Source: Dehalococcoidia bacterium (lineage in GTDB: Bacteria > Chloroflexota > Dehalococcoidia > Lucifugimonadales > G963668185). Taken from it: DNA of 64,000 bases. Below, one piece after another: positions 18,182 through 28,411 of the stretch. Position numbers and translations under genes: made by a program. Position 1 is the stretch's first letter; each line of letters opens with the position of its first letter. The notes under the pieces were generated by a model. The model saw only the letters and a program-made list of their open reading frames with translations, did not search any database and had not been told where the DNA came from. The stretch spans positions 1,304,388-1,368,387 of the forward strand of contig OZ253485.1 of the NCBI GenBank assembly GCA_965261935.1. The letters run 5' to 3'.

Positions 18182-20608
18182 TCAGCGAGCCGTCCTGATG
18201 ACGATCCGCTGTCCGTCGGTTTCGAACTCCACCGTTCCCGTCTGGCTCGTTATGAACAGCATCTCCTCAGGCACATGGCGCATCAGGCGGGCCACAGTTT
18301 CGTCATGAGGGTGACCGTGGGAGTTGTCCTCCCCAGCGGAAGCCACGGCCGCCACCGGGCCAACCGCCCGCAGGAACGCCTCGGATGACGAAGTCCTGCT
18401 GCCGTGGTGCGCCACCTTCAGCACATCGCTGTCCAGGGCCTCACCGCGCGCCAGTGCCGCCCGCTCTGCCGTCGCGTACATGTCTCCCGTCAAGAGGAAA
18501 CTCGCGTTCCCAAAGACTACTCTGAGGCCAACTGAAGCATCGTTCACTTGCAGCGGTTCCACGCTTGCTGGAGGGCTGACCACAGTGGCGTAAGCGCCTC
18601 CACCCAGGTCTATGGTCTGACCGGCATGTGCGCTCACCGTCTGCGAGCCCTCGCCCGCCACCAGCCGCCGCCACTCCGCGTAGTCGGAGCTGCCGTAGTC
18701 GATCTCTGGCTCGAGAATGACCTCCACGTCGTACCTGCGTAGGACCTCCGTCAGTCCGGCTAGGTGATCGCTGTGCGGGTGTGTCAGCACAACCAGCTCT
18801 ATGGTTCGGTCCCGGAAAGGCATCCTGCTGCCAAGCAGATCCGCCAACAGCGCTCCATCCGGGCCGCCGTCGACTAGTATCTGGCCTCCGCCAGGCGACG
18901 AAATGAGTATCGCGTCGCCCTGCCCAACGTCCAGCACTGAGACCCGGAGCCGGCCGTCTGGCCGAGACTGCACTGCGGCCAGACAAAGTAGCCCGGTTGT
19001 GATTAGCAATGCGAGGACGGTCCATCCGGCAAGCCGCAGGCTCGGCACCGGCCCCGGAGCCACCACTGCCGGTCGCAGCATCCGAAGCCGCATGCTTGAA
19101 AGGCGGCTCACCGCAATGTGCGCGGCCGCCAGTGACCCATAGTACACCCAGATAAGCGCTGGACCGATCTGCCCTGTTTCGATAGACGCGGCCGGCAGCA
19201 GCGAAAGTGTCTGGACAACCCGGTCGATATACCCGGTGACCAACCATGCGGTCCATCCGAACGGCACCGCAACACTGCCGAACAGCCCTGTGAGCGCCGT
19301 CAGGCAGTGCGTCACCAGCACAGCTGGTACAGCCGGGAGCACCAGAAGCGTGGCCGGCAGTCCCAGCAAAGGAACGCTCTTGAAGTAGAACGCCACCAGT
19401 GGAAGGGTCGCCGCCGTGGCCGCGATTGTTGCGGCCGCTGTCTCTACGGTCAGCCGTCTTAACAACCTCGGTTCGCTGGGCCGTGCAGCGTCAACACTTG
19501 GTCTCCCCCCGAGGTACACGGCGATCGGTTCTGCCCATAGTGCGATCCCGGCCATTGCGGCAAAGCTCAACTGGAACGACAAACTGCGCAACACCCCTGG
19601 GTCCACTCCGGCCATGACCGCTCCCGCGAAGGCCAGCGCCGGCAACGTGCTTCTGGGCCGGCCCAGTGCAAGCGCTGCAAGAAGTACCGTTCCCATCACC
19701 GCCGCCCTGACCGCTGAAACAGGTGCTCCGGCCAACAGGGTGTATCCCCAGATCACGGCCATCGGAGCAACCAGGTACAGCTGCCTCCTAAGACCAAACA
19801 CGGCCTGGCTCGCGGCGATGCTCACTCCAAGGAGCACGCCAACGTGAAGGCCTGAGATCGCCAGAATGTGGGAAGCCCCAGTGAAGCGGAACGCCCCTGT
19901 CGTGTCTTCAGAGAGATTGTGGCGTAGGCCCAGGAGCAGTGCTTGGCCGATCGAAGCCTGCGGCTCGGGCACTACGGACGCAATCGAGACGCCCAGTCGT
20001 CTCCTTGCGGAGTACAGCCAATTGCGCATCGGATTTCCGTGGCCCTCGCTCAGGATCTCCGCCTTGGCAAAGGACATGACCGTGTGTATGCCCTGCCTGG
20101 CAAGGTATGACGGGAAGTCGAAGTCCTCAACCTCCGGTGGAGGCGCCAGCCTGCCGTTCAGTCGTAACCGGTCGCCGTACCTGAAGAACGGCCGGTCCCT
20201 CCTCTGCGCAAGGCTCTCCGGGGCGTGAGCCGTCACATGAATCATGGCGGTAGCGTTAGACGTCCCGTTCTCGCCACTTATCCGTTCAACGCGCAGCCTG
20301 AAATTCACTGCCGAGCGTGTTGCCTCCGGGTCGCTATCCACCACACCCACGACTTCTACGGTACCGGCGCCGTGGAACCGGGCTAAGGTCATTCCTTCCG
20401 GATCGGCCAATTCCACTCTTAGGATGCCTGCAATGAGAAGGATCGCCGGCAACATGGCCCACAGAGGCGCGTGCAGGCGACGCAGCAGTAGTAGCGCGAT
20501 AAGCAAAGATGCCGCAGCAAGCATGCCGAGGGATGCGGGTGGCGCGTCGCCCCAAAGCCCGGCGGCGATGCCTGCCGCCCACGCGGCGGACCACCAGATC
20601 AGCCTCAC
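18182..20608 (-). CDS. comEC: DNA internalisation competence protein ComEC/Rec2
   Basis: 808 aa. N-terminal OB/DUF4131-like part, a polytopic competence domain, and a C-terminal metallo-beta-lactamase domain (VLTHPHSDHLAG, VAHHGS). Confidence 0.85.
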   Translation of the reverse strand: MRLIWWSAAWAAGIAAGLWGDAPPASLGMLAAASLLIALLLLRRLHAPLWAMLPAILLIAGILRVELADPEGMTLARFHGAGTVEVVGVVDSDPEATRSAVNFRLRVERISGENGTSNATAMIHVTAHAPESLAQRRDRPFFRYGDRLRLNGRLAPPPEVEDFDFPSYLARQGIHTVMSFAKAEILSEGHGNPMRNWLYSARRRLGVSIASVVPEPQASIGQALLLGLRHNLSEDTTGAFRFTGASHILAISGLHVGVLLGVSIAASQAVFGLRRQLYLVAPMAVIWGYTLLAGAPVSAVRAAVMGTVLLAALALGRPRSTLPALAFAGAVMAGVDPGVLRSLSFQLSFAAMAGIALWAEPIAVYLGGRPSVDAARPSEPRLLRRLTVETAAATIAATAATLPLVAFYFKSVPLLGLPATLLVLPAVPAVLVTHCLTALTGLFGSVAVPFGWTAWLVTGYIDRVVQTLSLLPAASIETGQIGPALIWVYYGSLAAAHIAVSRLSSMRLRMLRPAVVAPGPVPSLRLAGWTVLALLITTGLLCLAAVQSRPDGRLRVSVLDVGQGDAILISSPGGGQILVDGGPDGALLADLLGSRMPFRDRTIELVVLTHPHSDHLAGLTEVLRRYDVEVILEPEIDYGSSDYAEWRRLVAGEGSQTVSAHAGQTIDLGGGAYATVVSPPASVEPLQVNDASVGLRVVFGNASFLLTGDMYATAERAALARGEALDSDVLKVAHHGSRTSSSEAFLRAVGPVAAVASAGEDNSHGHPHDETVARLMRHVPEEMLFITSQTGTVEFETDGQRIVIRTAR

Positions 20609-20632
20609 TGCACAAACAAAGCCGCCCGCAGG

Positions 20633-21253
20633 CTAGCGGACGACAACCAGGTCGCGAATGCTGTCGACTATTGCATCGCCGATCCCACGGACACCCAGGA
20701 GGTCTTCTACGTCGTCGAACCGGCCCACATCTTCGCGGTAGCTGATGATGGCGGCCGCCTTCGCTTCTCCGATGCCTGGCAGGCTCGTCAACTGCTCAGC
20801 CGTTGCCGTGTTCAGGTCGAGAGTTGCCGGACTCTCGGAAGCACCCGAAGGCGAGTAAGTCGTATTCTCTCCGACAGCGGGAATGTGCCAGTGGTCCTCG
20901 TCTTGGAGCCTCCCCGCCAGGTTCACGGCTTCCAGAGCCGCATCCTCTGTTGCACCTCCCGCCGCCTCCACGGCGTCGATTACGCGGTCTCCTTCCACCA
21001 TGAGGTAAACCCCGGACTTTCGGACTGCGCCGCTCAGGTAGACCTTCAACTCCTGCGGCGGCTGCGCGGTAGGTGTCGGAAGAACTATCGTGACCCCTTC
21101 GGCTTGGGAGTCGCCCGTAAGCCATAAAGCCGCCCCGGCAATGAGCGTGGCAATCGCACCAACGGCCAGCAATACAGGAAGTGGGTTCTCTAAGAGTGCA
21201 TGCCTTGAGGGGGACTGGGGCGAACTGTCAGGTTCGCTTAAGTTCCTCGACAT
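20633..21253 (-). CDS. comEA: ComEA family DNA-binding protein (TM anchor, SLBB, helix-hairpin-helix)
   Basis: C-terminus LNTATAEQLTSLPGIGEAKAAAIISYRE..GRF..VEDLLGVRGIG. Start chosen at ATG 21253, which follows GAGGGAAG; the ORF is open up to 21484. Confidence 0.75.
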   Translation of the reverse strand: MSRNLSEPDSSPQSPSRHALLENPLPVLLAVGAIATLIAGAALWLTGDSQAEGVTIVLPTPTAQPPQELKVYLSGAVRKSGVYLMVEGDRVIDAVEAAGGATEDAALEAVNLAGRLQDEDHWHIPAVGENTTYSPSGASESPATLDLNTATAEQLTSLPGIGEAKAAAIISYREDVGRFDDVEDLLGVRGIGDAIVDSIRDLVVVR

Positions 21254-21533
21254 TTCTGCGCTTCCCTCAGCAAAAGCAACTCCGCATGCGCTCGCCCTCG
21301 TGAAATCCGACTGTGGCAAATTGCCGACATGGTACACTGTAGGGCGCATTAGGGAGTTCGAAATCGCTTGGACCCGACAGTAGGCTCTAGCGACCATTGA
21401 CCCGTGTTCCAGGCCCATTCTTAGAAGCGGTTCCAGACCCATGAGAAGACCCGTGCGTCGAGCAGTGCTTGTCTTTGTGCACAAGCCCCTTGAGCAACGT
21501 CGGCTTGTGTCACCCGCGCTACTGAGGTAATCG

Positions 21534-22580
21534 ATGGCAGTGCCTGTCAGCGTTGCGCGTGTTGAAGAGATAAAGGACGCCGCGCTTGCCGAACTCGAAT
21601 CCGTCGAATCTGCAGATCAGACCGATCTCTGGCGCGTCACATTCCTCGGACGCAATGGCCGGTTGACCGAGGTGCTCCGTGGCATACGGGAGTTGCAGGC
21701 CGAAGACCGGGGGAGCGTGGGCGCCGCGGCCAACTCGGCCAAGAGGGCGCTCGAGGCGGCAATGGAACTGCGCCGCACGGATCTCTCCGCAGCCCAGGCT
21801 GACCGGGCCCCTTCGATTGACGTCACACTGCCGGGATGGCCGGTAGTGAGGGGCGGCCTGCACCCCACCACCCGCACCATGCGGGAGGTGGGCGACGCTT
21901 TTGTCTCCATGGGGTTCCAGATCGTAGAGGGGCCTGAGGTGGAGCTGGACAGCTACAATTTCGAGATGCTGAACATCCCCAAGTACCACCCGGCGCGGGA
22001 TATGTGGAACACGCTTTGGGTCGATGGGGATGCCGGTCAGAGCGGCCATGAGACGTTGCTCAGAACGCACACGTCACCCATGCAGGCGCGGATCATGGAA
22101 GCGCAGGAACCGCCGGTGCGCGTCATCGTGCCCGGACGCTGCTACAGGTACGAGGCCACGGACGCTAGCCACGAGTGGCACTTCTTCCAGTTAGAAGGCC
22201 TGGCAGTGGACAGGGGAATAACCTTTGCCGACCTGAAGGGCACCCTTTGGGAGTTCGCACGCCGGGTCTTCGGTGAGTCCAGGCAGGTAAGGTTCAGGTG
22301 CGACTACTTTCCGTTTGTGGAGCCGGGCGCAGAAATGGCCATCGACTGCTTCCTGTGTGAGGGCAAAGGCTGCCGCGTCTGTCAGGGGTCCGGCTGGATT
22401 GAAATCCTGGGGGCTGGAATGGTTCACCCCAATGTACTCAGAGGCGTCGGCTACGATCCGAACATTTACACGGGGTTCGCGTTCGGCATGGGCATCGAAC
22501 GAATAGCCATGCTAAAGCACGGAATTGACGACATCCGACACTTCTATTCCAACAACCTGCAGTTCCTCAGACAGTTCTAG
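21534..22580 (+). CDS. pheS: Phenylalanine--tRNA ligase alpha subunit
   Basis: Class-II aaRS motifs (HPARDMWNT, RTHTSPMQ, GRCYRYE, GAGMVHPNVL, FAFGMGIERIAML). Confidence 0.95.
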   Translation: MAVPVSVARVEEIKDAALAELESVESADQTDLWRVTFLGRNGRLTEVLRGIRELQAEDRGSVGAAANSAKRALEAAMELRRTDLSAAQADRAPSIDVTLPGWPVVRGGLHPTTRTMREVGDAFVSMGFQIVEGPEVELDSYNFEMLNIPKYHPARDMWNTLWVDGDAGQSGHETLLRTHTSPMQARIMEAQEPPVRVIVPGRCYRYEATDASHEWHFFQLEGLAVDRGITFADLKGTLWEFARRVFGESRQVRFRCDYFPFVEPGAEMAIDCFLCEGKGCRVCQGSGWIEILGAGMVHPNVLRGVGYDPNIYTGFAFGMGIERIAMLKHGIDDIRHFYSNNLQFLRQF

Positions 22581-22675
22581 CAGTTGACTGAACCGGCCTT
22601 GATGAATCAGATGCTTGTCAGCATGACCGCGCCTCCCGCACAGTCGCCCGTTGGCGCACAGGCAGGAGGCGCCCC

Positions 22676-25153
22676 ATGAAAGTGCCCCTGTCTTGGCTTC
22701 GACGGTACGTCCCGGTGGACCTGTCCCCGCGGGAGATCGCCCACAAGCTCACCATGGCCGGTGTAGAGGTGAAGCAGATCGAAGAGATCGGTGCGGTTTG
22801 GGACCCTGAGAAGGTCATCGTGGGCCATGTGCTTAACGTTGACCCACATCCCAATGCGGACCGGCTTGGCCTTCCCACCGTCGGTCTTGGAGGCGCCGAG
22901 ACGGCCACTGTGGTCTGCGGCGCCCCTAACGTAGCCGCTGGCCAGAAGATCGCTTTCGCCAGAGAGGGCGCGATGCTTTTCAGCACCCGCTCCGGGAAAG
23001 TGGAGCCGCTTAAGAGAGCGAATATCCGGGGTGTGGAGTCTGCCGGTATGGTCTGCTCGGAGTTGGAGCTTGGCCTCGGCGAGGACCACGAAGGCATCTT
23101 GGTACTCGAAGAGAGCCTCGAGCCCGGCAAGCCCCTGTTCGACGTACTGGGTGACACGATTCTCGAACTCGATGTCACGCCGAACCGTGTCGATTGCCTC
23201 TCCATTCTGGGAGTCGCCCACGAGGTGGCTGCGCTGACGGGCGCCGAGGCCTCCGAACCTGATGTCGATTACGAGGAGCGGGGCGATCCAATTCAGGACG
23301 CAGTCTCCATCGAGATTGAAGACCCGGATTTGTGCCCAAGGTACACCGCAAGCCTGATCACAGGAGTGAGCATCGGGCCTTCGCCCCAATGGCTCAAGGA
23401 GGCCCTCCACCGTGCCGGGCAGCGTTCCATCAACAACATTGTGGATGTAACGAACTACGTGATGCTGGAGTACGGCCAGCCACTGCACGCCTTTGATTTC
23501 GACAAAGTCGCTGAAGGAAAGGTCATCGTGCGCCCTGCCAGGGCCGGCGAATCTCTGATCACGTTGGACGGCGAGGTGCGTAAGCTCGAACCCCCAATGC
23601 TGACAATCGCGGACCCCGCCGTTTCCATCGGCTTGGCGGGAATCATGGGCGGCGCAAACACCGAAATGACTGCTTCCACGACCTCCGTTCTGCTGGAGTC
23701 GGCCAGCTTCGATGCGATCAATACTCGTCGGACGTCCGCCGGTCTCAGGCTACACACGGAGGCCGCACGCCGGTTCGAGCGAGGCCTTCGCGCCGAACTG
23801 GCCCCAAAGGCGCTTCGACGGGCAACGCAACTCATCCTCGAGGTGGCCGGTGGGACCGCCGCGCAGGGCATCATAGACCTGTATCCTGGCGAGTTGCCAG
23901 AACGCCCCATCAGAACCGGGACAGACCGCATCAGCCAACTGCTGGGCATGGACCTCCCGATGGCCCGAGTCGAACGTGTTCTTACCTCGTTGGGGTTTCG
24001 GCGGGCCAAGGAGCCCGAAAGCGTGATTGACCTGATCGAAGCCGTCGAAGCAGCTCCCTCCCCGGAACGCGAAACTACTCTTTGGGTGCTGCCACCCTAC
24101 TGGCGCTCTGACATCACCATTGAGGACGACGTGGTAGAAGAGCTTGCGCGAGTCTTAGGATACGACAGCATCCCTACAACCATGCTATCCACGCCTATCC
24201 CTCACCACCGGCAGCACCCCGGCCGGCAGAATAGGGAGCAGATCAGGGACGCGCTCGTCGAAGCCGGTATGCAAGAGATTGTGACATACCCGCACACTGG
24301 TATAGACGCCCTGGAAAACGTGGGTGCCCTTGCGTCCAAGCCGGCCCCTTTGCGCATCTCCAATCCCATAAACCGTGACCGCCCGTATCTGCGTACCAGC
24401 ATGAGAGCCAGCGTTCTGGAGACGCTGGAAGCGAACCGGCGGACCGTACACGATGAAGGTATCCGGCTGTTTGAGATTGGCCGCGTGTACCTTCGTAACC
24501 CGAAGGATGAGGTCGGTCTGCCCGAAGAAAAGGAGTTCGTGGCGGGAGCGTTGTCCGGACCGCGATTTCCAGTTTCGTGGCACGCCAAGCCAGTAAATAT
24601 AGACTACTTCGACGGCAAGAGCGTACTTGAGTCCTTGTTCCCTGCATTGGCGGTCGAGGTTTCGTTCGAGGCCGCAGAGGACCGCGCTATGCTGCCGGGC
24701 CGAACGGCGCGGTTGTTGGTGGATGGGCGGTCCATCGGAGTCTTGGGAGAGGTTGCTCCGGGCGTACTTTCCGCCTTCGGGTTGGAAGGCCCTTCCGTGG
24801 TGATGTTCGAATTGGACGTGGCGGCGCTCGAGGAAGCCGTCTCCGACAGCGCGCGAGAATTCACCCCTGCGAGCAGGTTCCCTTCGTCCGAACGCGACCT
24901 CGCGCTCATAGTGGACGAAGACATTCCCTCCGCAGACGTTCAGAAGGTCATTGACCGCAATGGCATCGTGGCGCGGAGCACGCCCTTTGACGTATTCAGC
25001 GGCCCGGGAGTTCCGCCAGGCAAGAAGTCCATCGCTTATCGGGTCGAGTTCCGTTCCTCCAGGGGCACGCTAACATCTGAGCAGGTGGATAAAGTCCAGC
25101 AGGGTATTCTTCGCCAGCTCAATCGCGCGTTTGGCGCCGAACTCAGGAAGTAG
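22676..25153 (+). CDS. pheT: Phenylalanine--tRNA ligase beta subunit
   Basis: MKVPLSWLRRYV start, tRNA-binding domain, B3/4 and B5 domains, and a C-terminal FDX-ACB-like domain. It lies immediately downstream of pheS. Confidence 0.95.
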   Translation: MKVPLSWLRRYVPVDLSPREIAHKLTMAGVEVKQIEEIGAVWDPEKVIVGHVLNVDPHPNADRLGLPTVGLGGAETATVVCGAPNVAAGQKIAFAREGAMLFSTRSGKVEPLKRANIRGVESAGMVCSELELGLGEDHEGILVLEESLEPGKPLFDVLGDTILELDVTPNRVDCLSILGVAHEVAALTGAEASEPDVDYEERGDPIQDAVSIEIEDPDLCPRYTASLITGVSIGPSPQWLKEALHRAGQRSINNIVDVTNYVMLEYGQPLHAFDFDKVAEGKVIVRPARAGESLITLDGEVRKLEPPMLTIADPAVSIGLAGIMGGANTEMTASTTSVLLESASFDAINTRRTSAGLRLHTEAARRFERGLRAELAPKALRRATQLILEVAGGTAAQGIIDLYPGELPERPIRTGTDRISQLLGMDLPMARVERVLTSLGFRRAKEPESVIDLIEAVEAAPSPERETTLWVLPPYWRSDITIEDDVVEELARVLGYDSIPTTMLSTPIPHHRQHPGRQNREQIRDALVEAGMQEIVTYPHTGIDALENVGALASKPAPLRISNPINRDRPYLRTSMRASVLETLEANRRTVHDEGIRLFEIGRVYLRNPKDEVGLPEEKEFVAGALSGPRFPVSWHAKPVNIDYFDGKSVLESLFPALAVEVSFEAAEDRAMLPGRTARLLVDGRSIGVLGEVAPGVLSAFGLEGPSVVMFELDVAALEEAVSDSAREFTPASRFPSSERDLALIVDEDIPSADVQKVIDRNGIVARSTPFDVFSGPGVPPGKKSIAYRVEFRSSRGTLTSEQVDKVQQGILRQLNRAFGAELRK

Positions 25154-25205
25154 CGTCGGGAGTATCGCCGTGAGAGAGCACATCCACAGGCACGATCACG
25201 CGTCC

Positions 25206-26465
25206 ATGATCAGCGTTGAGGAGGCGCTCGAACGTATCCTGTCGGAGTTCGACGTGCTGGATTCGGAACGGAGACCGATCCTGGACGCAATGGGGCAGGT
25301 CCTGGACCAGGACGTTATTGCCCCGCTCGACATTCCTCCCTTGGAAAACTCGGCCATGGACGGCTACGCCGTTCGATGGTCGTGCATCTCCGGCGCCTCC
25401 CGGGAAACGCCTGTCGCCCTGAGCGTGATCGGCGTGGTGGCGGCGGGCGATCTGCCGGACAAGACGGTCGAGCAGGGGACCGCACTTCGCATCATGACGG
25501 GCGCGCCCATTCCTCCGGGCGCGGACACGGTTGTCCCGTTCGAGGATACTGACGAGCAGGATCGGAAATCGTCTGGAGCCACGCTCGATCAGATAGTCAT
25601 TCGGGAGCGGACCCCTCCCAAGGCCAACGTCCGGCCTGCAGGCCAGGACGTAGCCAAAGGCGATCTCGTTTTGGCCAGAGGCGTCACTCTGAGACCCCCG
25701 GAAATTGGAGTGCTCGCATCCCTTGGCATGCCGGAAGTGAGCGTGATTCGTCGGCCCAGGGTTGCCATCGTGGCCACCGGGGATGAGTTGCTTGAACCTT
25801 CGGAGCCCCACCAGCCGGGCAAGATTTACGACAGCAACACGTATGGAGTGGCGGCCGGCGTCAAGAGATACGGGGGAATTCCTATTGTTTTAGGTATCGC
25901 CAGGGATAATCTGTCTTCCATGAGTTCCATGCTCGACAGAGCAATGGACTCAGATGTGCTCATAACCTCTGCCGGCGTCTCTAAGGGCGACTACGACATA
26001 GTCAAAGACGTTCTGGCGCGGCACGGCAAGGTAGACTTCTGGTCGGTGAGGATGCGGCCCGCAAAACCGCTTGCGTTCGGTGTATTGGAAGGTAACGGCG
26101 GGAAGCGAGTGCCCCATATCGGGTTGCCGGGCAACCCGGTTAGCGCGCTAGTTGCCTTCGAACAGTTCGGCCGACCGGCGATTCATAAGATGATGGGCAG
26201 GAGCCGGTTCGACAAGCCCTGTGTAAATGCCGTCTTGGAGGAACCCATCTTCAACTCGGATTCCCGTAGGGTGTACGCGAGAGTAGAGGTAACCAAGCGC
26301 AATGGGACCTACTACGCCAGGCCCACAGGGCACCAGTCGTCCAACCTCCTGACGTCGATGGCCCGTGCCAACGGGCTCGCCATCTGCCCCGAAGACCTTC
26401 CGAAGAAAGACGCCGGTGAGACCGTGACCGTACAGATGTTGGACTGGCCGGAGTATGTCATTTAG
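25206..26465 (+). CDS. moeA: Molybdopterin molybdotransferase (MoeA/gephyrin E-domain family)
   Basis: ISVEEALERIL..., NSAMDGYAV, RIMTGAPIP.GADTVV, TSAGVSKGDYD, GLPGNPVSALV. The start is uncertain (ATG 25206 versus upstream alternatives to 25131). Confidence 0.85.
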   Translation: MISVEEALERILSEFDVLDSERRPILDAMGQVLDQDVIAPLDIPPLENSAMDGYAVRWSCISGASRETPVALSVIGVVAAGDLPDKTVEQGTALRIMTGAPIPPGADTVVPFEDTDEQDRKSSGATLDQIVIRERTPPKANVRPAGQDVAKGDLVLARGVTLRPPEIGVLASLGMPEVSVIRRPRVAIVATGDELLEPSEPHQPGKIYDSNTYGVAAGVKRYGGIPIVLGIARDNLSSMSSMLDRAMDSDVLITSAGVSKGDYDIVKDVLARHGKVDFWSVRMRPAKPLAFGVLEGNGGKRVPHIGLPGNPVSALVAFEQFGRPAIHKMMGRSRFDKPCVNAVLEEPIFNSDSRRVYARVEVTKRNGTYYARPTGHQSSNLLTSMARANGLAICPEDLPKKDAGETVTVQMLDWPEYVI

Positions 26466-26526
26466 CAACCGTTTGGCTTGAACAGGAAAACCGCCGTGGA
26501 ATCCAACAACAGGAGAACGATCGACG

Positions 26527-26937
26527 ATGGCCGATAACCAAGAATCCCTTCGCTACCACCTGGATATCTCCAAGAGTAGCAACCCGCACAGGTCCCTTTC
26601 GATTCTCATAGCAAGCCGCCGGTGCTATCAAGACCAACAGGGCGAAGACGATGCGGAGGTCATGGCCGCAGACCCGCAGCAGCTTATCCGTCAGATCGCG
26701 GATCACTGCGCCTCCTCCCCCGACTATCTCCTCCCTGACACACCGCTGAAGGAGTCCATCTTCAGGACGCTGCTGGCCGCCAAGAATCAGCCTATGACGG
26801 CTCAGGAAATCAGTCGTCAACTTTCGGATCGCTGGTCAACGACCGCCCAGGCGAGAGACGTATCACCCAAGGTTATCCAGCGTCTTCTGGAAAACAGTCC
26901 CCTGTACTCAATCACGCCCGCTGCGAAGCAAGGATGA
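26527..26937 (+). CDS. Hypothetical protein
   Basis: 136-aa ORF with no family recognised. It is somewhat AT-richer than its neighbours. Confidence 0.4.
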   Translation: MADNQESLRYHLDISKSSNPHRSLSILIASRRCYQDQQGEDDAEVMAADPQQLIRQIADHCASSPDYLLPDTPLKESIFRTLLAAKNQPMTAQEISRQLSDRWSTTAQARDVSPKVIQRLLENSPLYSITPAAKQG

Positions 26938-26986
26938 GGCCAGACTGTATAATGCCGCCCACCATCCGGAGCAGGAGAGAACAGTA

Positions 26987-27919
26987 ATGCCCGAACCGGT
27001 AGTCTTCTTCCACGGCCAGTTCGCGCCGTTGGACCAAGCCCGCGTAAGCGTGACCACACACGCGCTGCACTATGGGACCGCCGTGTTCGAAGGCATTCGG
27101 GGTAACTGGAACGAAGACAAAGGCAGAATGTTCGTCTTCCGCCTGCGGGAACACTACAAGAGATTCCTGCAGGGCTGCCGCATCATGATGTTGGATATCC
27201 CCTACGGCGTGGACGAACTGTGCGATATCACCATTGAAACGGTAGTTCGCTGCGGCTACGCTGAAGATGTCTACATACGCCCGCTGGCATACAAGAGCCA
27301 GGAACTCATCGCCAATCTCAGGCTCCAGGACTTGGAGAGCGATTTCGCGCTGATTATTGTCCCATTCGGCTCGTACATAGAGACGGATGGAGCCATTCGC
27401 TGTTGCACCTCCTCGTGGCGGCGCATCGACGACATGGCCATCCCTCCCAGGGTCAAGATCGCCGGTCACTACGTTAACAGCGTGCTGGCCAAGACGGAGG
27501 CCACGCTCGCAGGATTCGACGAAGCTGTGATGATGAACGCCGAAGGCACGGTATCCGAAGGCACGGGGGAGAGCCTATTCATGGCCGCCGGCGGTCGGTT
27601 GTACACTCCGCCTGTAGGCGACAACAACCTTACTGGGATAACCAGAGATTCTGCCGTCCGGCTCGCGCAAGACGAAATGGGGCTGGAGGTGACCGAGCGT
27701 CACATCCGGCGCAGTGAACTGTACTTGGCGGACGAAGTGTTTCTGACGGGCACCGCCGCCCACATCACCCCCGTGGGCGAGCTCGACAACCGACCCATCG
27801 GGAACGGTGGAGTCGGGCCGATCGCGGACGAGCTTCGCAACTTATACGCCGCAGCCATCCGTGGCAACAACGACAAGTACTTGGAATGGTGCACCCCCAT
27901 AACACTCGAGTCGTTCTGA
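26987..27919 (+). CDS. ilvE: Branched-chain-amino-acid aminotransferase (fold-type IV PLP enzyme)
   Basis: HALHYGTAVFEGIRGNW, ...VKIAGHYVNSVLAKTEA..., EGTGESLF, LTGITR. Confidence 0.85.
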   Translation: MPEPVVFFHGQFAPLDQARVSVTTHALHYGTAVFEGIRGNWNEDKGRMFVFRLREHYKRFLQGCRIMMLDIPYGVDELCDITIETVVRCGYAEDVYIRPLAYKSQELIANLRLQDLESDFALIIVPFGSYIETDGAIRCCTSSWRRIDDMAIPPRVKIAGHYVNSVLAKTEATLAGFDEAVMMNAEGTVSEGTGESLFMAAGGRLYTPPVGDNNLTGITRDSAVRLAQDEMGLEVTERHIRRSELYLADEVFLTGTAAHITPVGELDNRPIGNGGVGPIADELRNLYAAAIRGNNDKYLEWCTPITLESF

Positions 27920-27970
27920 CGCACCGCCGGCAAGACGCCGCGCTGCACGCGCCAGGATAGTCCCCCGGAC

Positions 27971-28411
27971 ATGTCGGAGTTCATCTTCGAGTATTACATC
28001 TTCGTGTTCCTGGCCGCGCTCGGCGCAATTCAGATCGGTGCATCCGCAGGCAAGCTCAATGGCCTGCTGGTGCTCAAGCATCCAAACGCTGCCTTGAGCC
28101 TTGGCGTCGGCTTGGTAGTTGCCGCCATCGTCTGGTTCTTCTCCACCGGCGAACGTAACATCAACGACTACGATGGAGGTATCACCGCGAACGGCCAGGC
28201 GTTGTACGCCTTCCTCGGCTGCATAACCGCGCTATTCACTACCCTCGCCGTTACGTCATTGGTTAACTTCCGATTGGGCCGAGGGGCGAAGCCGCCCTTT
28301 GGCGGCCTTCACTCGCTGAGTGAAGCTAACTACCTCTTGGCAATTTCCGGCAATCTCAAATACTGGTCAAAGGCTTGGCGAAAGCTGACGAACAACTATT
28401 TCTTTGGTTGA
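27971..28411 (+). CDS. Hypothetical small membrane protein
   Basis: 146 aa with about 4 hydrophobic helices. No family recognised. Confidence 0.5.
   Translation: MSEFIFEYYIFVFLAALGAIQIGASAGKLNGLLVLKHPNAALSLGVGLVVAAIVWFFSTGERNINDYDGGITANGQALYAFLGCITALFTTLAVTSLVNFRLGRGAKPPFGGLHSLSEANYLLAISGNLKYWSKAWRKLTNNYFFG

Noticed and set aside
21440-21533. Possible attenuator upstream of pheS: mutually exclusive stems GCTTGT/ACAAGC and ACAAGCC/GGCTTGT, plus a 29-codon uORF ending 5 nt before pheS
   Set aside because: The uORF has only one Phe codon and no T-run follows either hairpin. I saw no T-box specifier or conserved T-box sequence either. The evidence is too weak to call.
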